Assembly (NCBI GenBank): GCA_950097015.1
Contig: CATNEN010000003.1
Coordinates: 9,052,001 to 9,116,000 of the forward strand
Direction of reading: 5' to 3'
Source of the DNA: Macrostomum hystrix
Taxonomy: Eukaryota > Animalia > Platyhelminthes
DNA: 64,000 nt
The notes below the pieces were generated by a model. That model saw nothing but the letters and a program-made list of their open reading frames with translations, ran no database searches and had not been told where the DNA came from. Numbering within the stretch: position 1 is the stretch's first letter; every line of letters begins with the position of its first letter. Below, piece by piece: positions 47,712-64,000 of the stretch. Both the position numbers and the translations under genes were made by a program.

Positions 47712-50700
47712 TCAACCGAAGGCGGCAATAAATTTGGCTGAACCATCTTGAACGCTGCCACTGAAAACTTCCGGGATGTTGATGGAGCCGAATAGCCAGC
47801 AGTCGCTGCTTGCTGGTTTGAGCAGAGCAAACAAGCAGTTAGGCAGCATCAAACACTGGATCAGGCACTCTGACTGGGACTTCCGACCGGACCAGGCGCT
47901 CAGGAGGCTGCTAGATGAAGCTGAGAAGCTGGGCTGAGTCTCAGAAGCGTAGAAGGGATACTCCTTGACGACTGGAATGTAAGCTCAAAATATTGAATTT
48001 GAGTGTGATTGTTTGTGAATTTGACGCTTGGAAAAAATAATGTACTTTGTGTTCTTGCACTTGCTCAATTGTGTCATCATTTGAGTAAGCCTGTTTGTTT
48101 GGGCCCACAAAGCATCGTTGTCACCTAATCACGTGTTTACCGCGTGCTGTTTATCTCGCGTTGATTGGCCGGGCCTCCATGGCTGCCTCTCGCCGCGGGC
48201 TGCCTCCCCCCAGCTGCGCCGTGATTGGCCAGTGGGGGGCTGGGCACAGTCACATTAAGTACGTCGCCGCATTGTCTCGTTTATTTTGGGTGCCATAGCT
48301 TGGGGGTAGAGTCCGTGTGTACTAGTGGGGAGCTAGTCCAGGGATTACAAATAACGGTGCGCTGTTCTGTGTTCCCACTGTACGCATTCTCCAGCTTATG
48401 TGTCCTGACGCCTTGATAAATGTATTGAATTCGCTGCGTTCCTACGCGACTGCCAAGTCACATGGAAGTGTCCTCTTTAGATTTTTGAACGTTTGTGAGA
48501 ACTCGCGTTCTGACGCTGGACATTAGTACTCAGGCAAAACCCCACCGAGTATTTAGGGCCGTTAGGGAATATAGTGATGGGCGAGTCGCGCCATGGTCCC
48601 ACGGAATATAAAAATTTTGGCATCTGTTCTTTACTGGTGAACACGTCGATCTCGCAAAAGTGCAGAAAAGCCTGCGTGGCGATGACACCGGAGAGATTTC
48701 TGTAGATGGTCAGATAGCGACCAGAAACAGGGCTGGAGCAGTTGAGCAGTATCGGATTGCTTGCAATGGTGGCTGGACCCGCGTAGTAGGCACACAAATC
48801 AAACAGGAAACTGTTGAATCTAGTCCACGCTGATTGGTCGTTGCTTACGCCTAGATGAAATAGTTGTGTCTATCTATAAATAGTTATAGATGAAATAGAT
48901 GATAGTTAAAATGATTGGTTTATGTAAACACCTCCTATTTATTATATCTATACAGTTCTTTTTTCAATTTTTCAATACCGTACCACTAAAAAACATCAAA
49001 ACCAAATGTTAAGAAAACAATTTAAAGGCCAGAAACGAAAGAACATAACTTGGCTAATTTATATTAAAAACTGATTTCTACCATATGAGTATACTATTAC
49101 ACTAGACCTGAATGCAGGTCGTGAGTTCGATTCCTGAACAATCTATGTCCTTGGAACTAAACAATTAAAGTAATCGATGGACCAACAATACATGTAAGCT
49201 GTACATCAAGCCTAGCAATTATTGTATGTGTTTTTAGTATTATAACAATTATATAAATATTAATTATTTACAAATTGACCCTATTCTGCCAGATGTACAG
49301 CCGACAGCACAATATCCAGCTATTGCGCGGCGCATCTGAAGGCTGCGTACAGCTGAAGCTACACCAACCCTCATGAATGATTACCCCAGGGGGTAATGCT
49401 GGTGCCCATTTAACAGCTGAAGCTACACCAACCCTCATGAATGATTACCCCAGGGGGTAATGCTGGTGCCCATTTAACAGCTGAAGCTACACCAACCCTC
49501 ATGAATGATTACCCCAGGGGGTAATGCTGGTGCCCATTTAACAGCTGAAGCTACACCAACCCTCATGAATGATTACCCCAGGGGATAATGCTGGTGCCCA
49601 TTTAACAGCTGAAGCTACACCAACCCTCATGAATGATTACCCCAGGGGGTAATGCTGGTGCCCATTTAACAGCTGAAGCTACACCAACCCTCATGAATGA
49701 TTACCCCAGGGGGTAATGCTGGTGCCCATTTAACAGCTGAAGCTACACCAACCCTCATGAATGATTACCCCAGGGGGTAATGCTGGTGCCCATTTAACAG
49801 CTGAAGCTACACCAACCCTCATGAATGATTACCCCAGGTGGTAATGCTGGTGCCCATTTAACAGCTGAAGCTACACCAACCCTCATGAATGATTACCCCA
49901 GGTGGTAATGCTGGTGCCCATTTAACAGCTGAAGCTACACCAACCCTCATGAATGATTACCCCAGGGGGTAATGCTGGTGCCCATTTAACAGCTGAAGCT
50001 ACACCAACCCTCATGAATGATTACCCCAGGTGGTAATGCTGGTGCCCATTTAACAACTGGGTAAACTGAAGCAATGCATAGTTAAGTGTCTTGCTAAAGG
50101 GCACAAATTGTTCCAGTGCAGTCGGGAATCGAACCCCTGACCTTAAATAAATTAAGCCACTAATCTGACGCTGTCCTTTACTTTAAAAGATCAATAAAAC
50201 AACTAACCGACACTGATCTGCGAGAATCTGTTTGCGTTCGATTGAGCATCGATCCGATTCCACACCCGGACAGCGGTGACTGCTCGGGGTTGCAGCATGT
50301 CAAGTGTCCACCAGGGCAGAGGATCATATTGACCAGAGTGAATGCACCTGACGCCATTCAGAAAGTTGCCGTTGGTATCGCCATCGTTCGCCAGCCACGA
50401 TTTTGTCTCAGTGAAATTCGGCGAATTGCTCGATGACTGATTGGCAGCCAGGTTCTTCTCCAACTGGAGAACCTTGTAGCCTGCGCAGATTTTATCCCAA
50501 TCAGGACTCGAACTTTCAGAAACTTCTCCCACATTTGTCCCTGTACTAATTTCTCCTGGCCTTTCACTCAACCCTCCTGCCTCTCACACCCTACCCTCCT
50601 GACTCTCACACCCTACCCTCCTGACTCTCACACCCTACCCTCCTGACTCTCACACCCTACCCTCCTGACTCTCACACCCTACCCTCCTGACTCTCACACC

Positions 50701-50830
50701 CTACCCTCCTGCCTCTCACTGCACCCTTCCCGTCGATGCTCAACTCACCGTGAGCAAACTGGTCGATCTGCATAGTTAAAAGCACCCAAGTCGAAACCAA
50801 GAGTTGCCAATTGCAGTTCTGCGCAGCCAT
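47712..50830 (-). CDS. Secreted F-type lectin + PAN/apple-like protein, paralog 2
   Basis: Exons 50830-50749 (signal peptide), 50480-50208 (ANQSS..ANDGDTNG..CIHS..PWWTLDM..VWNRID..NRF), 48850-48635 (LNCSSPVSGRYLTIY..LHFCEIDV) and 47971-47712 (QPSFSASSSSLLSAWSG..ECLIQC..DCWLF); same phase-1 introns as paralog 1. Confidence 0.85.
49285..50145 (-). mobile_element. tRNA-derived CORE/V-type SINE (family B) containing the 64-bp array
   Basis: Minus strand: B-box GGTTCGATTCCC, then GTGCCCTTTAGCAAGACACTTAAC..TTTACCCAGTTGTTAAATGGGCACC (CORE-like); a related degenerate copy lies near 38460-38760. Confidence 0.6.
49350..50053. repeat. 64-bp tandem repeat x11 amplified from within a SINE
   Basis: Unit CAGCTGAAGCTACACCAACCCTCATGAATGATTACCCCAGGGGGTAATGCTGGTGCCCATTTAA; near-identical copies with no spacers. 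Confidence 0.95.
50572..50718. repeat. 22-bp intronic minisatellite CTCTCACACCCTACCCTCCTGA
   Basis: About 6 copies in intron 1 of lectin paralog 2. Confidence 0.9.
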
Positions 50831-51249
50831 GAGAAATTTTAATTGCCTCTTCAATTGAGTTTCAGCAGCAGAAAACTTTCTTAAGCGTTTGACATGTTAG
50901 AGAGCTGTAGTTCTTTGCTATTTATAAGTATTGCAGTTTAAACAGTTGCCCGGTTAACTTCTCACGACGAATCATCAAACGTAGCCCTAATGCTCATGCA
51001 GGCAATAAATGATTCAATCAGATTTTCTCCTTTGCTTTTCCTTAACAATGCCTACCTTGTAAGGACGGACTCGTGAGTTAACTAGGCAACGCAACAATTC
51101 AACAGAAATGTGCTTCTTTTCATCCCTGGTATAAAACGAGATGTAGGACGACAATTAAGACGACACCTCTGAATTAAAATACTTATACTTGAAGCCTTTA
51201 ATAAACGAATCAAAAAAATTGCAACTTGTCTGTCTGAAAAGTGGGAAAT

Positions 51250-54200
51250 GTGAGGCAGGTGGGAGATGAGACAGGTGGTTGATGAGACAGGTGGGATATG
51301 AGACAGGTGGTTGATAAGACAAGTGGGATATGAGACAGGTGGGATATGAGACAGGTGGGATATGAGACAGGTGGCTGATAAGACAGGTGGGATATGAGAC
51401 AGGTGGGATATGAGACAGGTGGGATATGAGACAGGTGGCTGATAAGACAGGTGGGATATGAGACAGGTGGCTGATAAGACAGGTGGGATATGAGACAGGT
51501 GGTTGATGAGACAGGTGGGTGATGAGACAGGTGGTTGATGAGACAGGTGGTTGATAAGACAGGTGGGAGATAAGACAGGTGGTTGATAAGACAGGTGGTT
51601 GATAAGACAGGTGGTTGATGAGACAGGTGGTTGATAAGACAGGTGGTTGATAGACAGGTGGTTGATAAGACAGGTGGTTGATAAGACAGGTGGTTGATAA
51701 GACAGGTGGTTGATAAGACAGGTGGTTGATAAGACAGGTGGTTGATAAGACAGGTGGGAGATGAGACAGGTGGTTGATAAGACAGGTGGTTGATAAGACA
51801 GGTGGTTGATAAGACAGGTGGTTGATAAGACAGGTGGTTGATAAGACAGGTGGTTGATAAGACAGGTGGTTGATAAGACAGGTGGTTGATAGACAGGTGG
51901 TTGATGAGAGAGTTGCGAGATGAGACAGGTGAGAGATGAGGCAGTTGGGGAATGAGACAGGTGAGAGATGAGACAGTTGGGAGATGAGGCAGTTGGGAAA
52001 TGAGACAGGTGGGAGATGAGGCAGTTGGGAAATGAGACAGGTGGGAGATGAGACAGGTGGTTGATAAGACAGGTGGGAGATGAGACAGGTGGTTGATAAG
52101 ACAGGTGGTTGATAAGACAGGTGGGAGATGAGACAGGTGGTTGATAAGACAGGTGGTTGATAGACAGGTGGTTGATGAGAGAGTTGCGAGATGAGACAGG
52201 TGAGAGATGAGGCAGTTGGGAAATGAGACAGGTGGGAGATGAGACAGGTGGTTGATAAGACAGGTGGTTGATAAGACAGGTGGTTGATAAGACAGGTGGT
52301 TGATAAGACAGGTGGTTGATAAGACAGGTGGTTGATAAAACAGGTGGTTGATAAGACAGGTGGTTGATAAGACAGGTGGTTGATAAGACAGGTGGTTAAT
52401 AGACAGGTGGTTGATAGACAGAGAGTTGCGAGATGAGACAAGTGAGAGATGAGACAGTTGGGAAATGAGACAGGTGGCTGATAAGACAGGTGGGATATGA
52501 GACAGGTGGTTGATGAGACAGGTGGGTGATGAGATAGGTGGTTGATAAGACAGGTGGTTGATAAGACAGGTGGTTGATAAGACAGGTGGTTGATAGACAG
52601 GTGGTTGATAAGACAGGTGGTTGATAAGACAGGTGGTTGATAAGACAGGTGGTTGATAAGACAGGTGGGAGATGAGACAGGTGGTTGATAAGACAGGTGG
52701 TTGATAAGACAGGTGGTTGATAAGACAGGTGGTTGATAAGACAGGTGGTTGATAAGACAGGTGGTTGATAAGACAGGTGGTTGATGAGAGAGTTGCGAGA
52801 TGAGACAGGTGAGAGATGAGGCAGTTGGGAAATGAGACAGGTGGGAGATGAGGCAGTTGGGATATGAGACAGGTGGGATATGAGACAGGTGGGATATGAG
52901 ACAGTTGGGAAATGAGACAGGTGGCTGATAAGACAGGTGGGATATGAGACAGGTGGTTGATGAGACAGGTGGGTGATGAGATAGGTGGTTGATAAGACAG
53001 GTGGTTGATAAGACAGGTGGTTGATGAGACAGGTGGGTGATGAGACAGGTGGTTGATAGACAGGTGGTTGATAAGACAGGTGGTTGATAAGACAGGTGGT
53101 TGATAAGACAGGTGGTTGATAAGACAGGTGGGAGATGAGACAGGTGGTTGATAAGACAGGTGGTTGATAAGACAGGTGGTTGATAAGACAGGTGGTTGAT
53201 AAGACAGGTGGTTGATAAGACAGGTGGTTGATGAGAGAGTTGCGAGATGAGACAGGTGAGAGATGAGGCAGTTGGGATATGAGACAGGTGGGATATGAGA
53301 CAGGTGGGATATGAGACAGGTGGGATATGAGACAGGTGGCTGATAAGACAGGTGGGATATGAGACAGGTGGTTGATGAGACAGGTGGGTGATGAGATAGG
53401 TGGTTGATAAGACAGGTGGTTGATAAGACAGGTGGTTGATAAGACAGGTGGTTGATAGACAGGTGGTTGATAAGACAGGTGGTTGATAAGACAGGTGGTT
53501 GATAAGACAGGTGGGAGATGAGACAGGTGGTTGATAAGACAGGTGGTTGATAAGACAGGTGGTTGATAAGACAGGTGGTTGATAAGACAGGTGGTTGATG
53601 AGAGAGTTGCGAGATGAGACAGGTGAGAGATGAGGCAGTTGGGAAATGAGACAGGTGGGAGATGAGGCAGTTGGGAAATGAGACAGGTGGGAGATGAGAT
53701 AGGTGGTTGATAAGACAGGTGGGAGATGAGACAGGTGGTTGATAAGACAGGTGGTTGATAAGACAGGTGGTTGATAAGACAGGTGGTTGATAAGACAGGT
53801 GGTTGATAAGACAGGTGGTTGATAAGACAGGTGGTTGATAAGACAGGTGGGAGATGAGACAGGTGGTTTATAGACAGGTGGTTGATGAGAGAGTTGCGAG
53901 ATGAGACAGGTGAGAGATGAGGCAGTTGGGAAATGAGACAGGTGGGAGATGAGACAGGTGGTTGATAAGACAGGTGGTTGATAAGACAGGTGGTTGATAA
54001 GACAGGTGGTTGATAAGACAGGTGGTTGATAAGACAGGTGGTTGATAAGACAGGTGGTTGATAAGACAGGTGGTTGATAAGACAGGTGGTTGATAGACAG
54101 AGAGTTGCGAGATGAGACAGGTGAGAGATGAGGCAGTTGGGAAATGAGACAGGTGAGAGATGAGACAGTTGGGAGATGAGGCAGTTGGGAAATGAGACAG

Positions 54201-54725
54201 GTGGGAGATGAGGCAGTTGGGAAATGAGACAGGTGAGAGATGAGAATGTTGGGAGATGAGACAGTTGGGAGATGAGGCAGTTGGGAAATGAGACAGTTGG
54301 GGGAGATGAGACAGTTGGGAGATGAGGCAGTTGGGAGATGAGACAGTTGGGAGATGAGGCAGTTGGGAAATGAGACAGTTGGGAGATGAGACAGTTGGGA
54401 GATGAGGCAGTTGGGAGATGAGACAGTTGGGAGATGAGACAGTTGGGAGATGAGACAGTTGGGAGATGAGACAGTTGAGAGATGAGACAGTTGGGAGATG
54501 AGGCAGTTGGGAGATGAGGCAGTTGGGAAATGAGACAGGTGAGAGATGAGACAGTTGGGAGATGAGGCAGTTGGGAAATGAGACAGGTGAGAGATGAGAC
54601 AGTTGGGAAATGAGACAGGTGAGAGATGAGGCAGTTGGGAAATGAGACAGGTGAGAGATGAGACAGTTGGGAGATGAGGAAGTTGGGAAATGAGACAGGT
54701 GAGAGATGAGACAGGTGGGAGATGA
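51250..54725. repeat. 3.5-kb 16-bp satellite (GATAAGACAGGTGGTT / GGGAGATGAGACAGGT variants)
   Basis: Continuous array with variant blocks; the ORF 51155-52441 is an artefact of it. Confidence 0.97.
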
Positions 54726-56011
54726 TACTCTGTGTGCCTGCGTACGGTATCTACTGTACTTTAAAAAAAGTCAAAATCTAACTGGTCTGTGCTCGTATGT
54801 GTGCTACCAAGGCCAAGCCGAGATTCTTATCAACGTTTTCTTGAAAATGCTACTTCAAGTAGTGTCACTATAAACCATACTTTTGCAGTTTAATCTATGG
54901 ATTAACTTAAAGTGAGTCGCGAAGTTCGTCGGCAAGAGAGTATTTGAGTGCGTGTATATACTTCGTATGTAGGTAGAAAAAATGTGGCACCGCACACTGC
55001 AAGTGGTGCTATATTTTATGCTATTTTGTTACTGTTACCATACTAAACTATGATTTTATTTGGTGTTTTTATTATCGATAAGTAAAATCGACAAAATGTA
55101 TTTTAAAAAAATACATATTTCATGTACGACAAATTTTATTACACCCTAGCAACAACGACAAGCAAACAGGGAAACACAAAAATAATAACAATATGCATGA
55201 TGGCGAATAACATACGTATGAGATACGATAGTACATGATACTCATTCCAACGTGAACAATGAACACTCGCGCACTGACAAATCAGCACCTGGATACTAAA
55301 GTGACAAAACTACAACTTAATGCTAATTGACCACCGAATTTTTTTTACGAACTTATGGAAAGGGAAAAATAATAGGAACAATTTGGACACGAAAGAAAAA
55401 TGTATTAATATGTATTTAATCGACTTTCTTAACCGATTTCCTATTTTTAGAGAATAAGTTGTTAAAGAGAGAAGCTTATAGATAGGTGAATTAAAATGCA
55501 GCAACACTTGACAGACAATTAAGACCAGTGCCCGAAAAGGTGATACGCCCTTATGTCCTTGCTGTCCTCGAATTAAACTGGGAATACTAAAATTTCTTTA
55601 AAAAAAAGCCAATACCAGGTGTTTTAGAAAATCCCTTGAATATTGAGTACATTTTTACGTAACGGACAACATAAATTTTGGCAAATTCCTTAACAGGAAA
55701 ATCCCAATCACAAAATAACAATAGGGGAATTCCTCCATTTGGGGATTCTTTTATGAAAATCCCACAAATTAGGAAGTTAAGGAACTACAGAAACCTTCAT
55801 GAAAACTAATTTAACTAATGGTTTAATTATTATTAAATTTAACGGAAGGGAATTAAACTAGTCCAGTAAATTGTATAGCTATAGCTTAGATGTCGAGTAC
55901 CAATTCTGAAAACACCTTTGAGTTCGAGCACTGCATGCCAACTGCCATATTATGAGTCATAGTCAGAGGCGGCGAAAGGCCAACAGAATCTGCAACTGTC
56001 TCAAAAGCATT

Positions 56012-62812
<6,801 letters not shown>

Positions 62813-64000
62813 CTACAATTGATAGAAATTGATTGTGTAAGGAGACTGCAAGCAACTATGTTAATTAGTAAACTAATTACAATATCATACAAATAGCTAT
62901 GAAGGCTAAAACCCATCAAGACAATTACAAAATACTAGGATTAGAGTTAGATTCTATATTTTGTAAGGTGTGACAAGAAATATGAAACAATTAGTAGAAC
63001 CTAGCTTGCTACAAAATTGTGCCCACTAGTTTTTTGTTCAGGCTACAGTAATTTAGAGTTGTAACAATGAGTCAAAAAAAATTATAGAGTATAGAACTTG
63101 AAACTTCTATTATCATCAACCATTAATTTTTTTATTTTTTTTCTTATAAATTTGTCTCTTTATCTCTGCTTATTTCAATTTATATGCCAACTGTAAAAAT
63201 CGCACATATTTTCTAGACTGGTCCATACAACCTACATACTAGCTCAGCATTATAAAATTTTGATTTTAGATAAATAAGCAAGCAAGATTTTCTTTTTTAG
63301 TATATTAGATATATATACATGAAGCACAAAAATGTACTTAAATAACAAAATAGTTTAGTCTTAAAAGTATAACTGAAACCTATATAGATTTTTGTGCATA
63401 GAAGCTTTTCTTGTATAATTAAATTGGTTAAAAATGACTATTAGTCCCTGAAAAATCTTACTGCTAGTACATAAAAACTGCTTTTTTATAGAATGCAGGC
63501 TAACCAGATAAAGCCCTATAGTCCGGATCATGTTGGTTACACACAATTTCTCTGGCGTAAAACTGCCTTATGCCAAAAGTTGGGGGTAGTTTGGTGTAAA
63601 TTTTTGGACTAAAAAAACACTGGAGTAACTGTGGCATAAATAGATTTTGACAAAAAATGGAGTAAGTGTTGGTGTAAGCTGTAAGAAGCATAGAAGCAAA
63701 GCAGCGTACATTTTGGTCATTTTACTATACATTTTCAAAACACATTAATTTGCGTAAATTTTTAAAAGTATAAAAAAGTTTTTGTTAAGCATAAAACAGA
63801 GGATAAAGTATACCCGTTATTTTTTAAAAGCTAAGAAAAATTTTTAATTAAATTCTGCCTGTAACTATTTTCTGTCTCACCAATAAATAATTTTGAATTG
63901 ATAAATTTCTTATTTATTGTAAATACAAATCATGCTACCATACCTGCAATCTGTGAATCTGACAATCTGTTAACATGTCTGCCGATCCAAGCAACTGCAA

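Noticed and set aside
48070-48462. Solo LTR in lectin-2 intron 3 (TGTG..CACA, two GATTGG boxes)
   Set aside because: No matching TSD and no second copy in the window; plausible but unsupported.
49350-50053. CRISPR-like array of palindromic repeats
   Set aside because: Units are contiguous with no unique spacers; there are no cas genes; it lies in a eukaryotic intron and derives from a SINE.
21984-50830. Functional gene cluster (GPI protein, innexin, TRP channels, lectins)
   Set aside because: All are surface or secreted proteins, but orientations are mixed and nothing in the sequence shows co-regulation or operon structure.
51155-52441. 428-aa ORF, and similar ORFs at 3400-4119, 8196-8465, 9488-9883, 24559-25137, 29806-30156 and 59575-60395
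   Set aside because: These are translations of stop-free minisatellite units inside introns or intergenic DNA.
63944-64000. First SPT16 coding exon (CAG|gtatgg donor at 63944)
   Set aside because: The phase fits, but the translation (..MLTDCQIHRLQ) shows no recognisable similarity to the SPT16 N-terminus; unresolved at the window edge.

Overview
Eukaryotic (animal) genomic DNA with spliceosomal introns. Its style (poly-Q/A/G/P-rich coding, minisatellite-filled introns, tRNA-SINEs) resembles a free-living flatworm such as Macrostomum; this is inference, not a search result. Left end: 5' part of the HECT E3 ligase UBR5/hyd (minus strand, 10 exons, runs off the window). Right end: FACT subunit SPT16 (minus strand, at least 9 exons). 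The accessory region between them holds: a 5.76-kb inverted-repeat-bounded, hairpin-rich non-coding element; a single-exon secreted/GPI-type gene; an innexin; a divergent TRPV-like channel; a young 1.8-kb DNA-level copy of that channel, flanked by 622-bp direct repeats and rescued by a new in-frame ATG; an internally deleted P-type (THAP) transposon with an 8-bp TSD; two convergent F-type lectin + PAN-like paralogs; and a multiply deleted BEL/Pao LTR retrotransposon. There are also SINEs, a TTAA MITE, a Merlin-like remnant and many minisatellites. No CRISPR array, rRNA or intact tRNA is supported. All exon boundaries, counts and family assignments were read by eye and compared with remembered family motifs.
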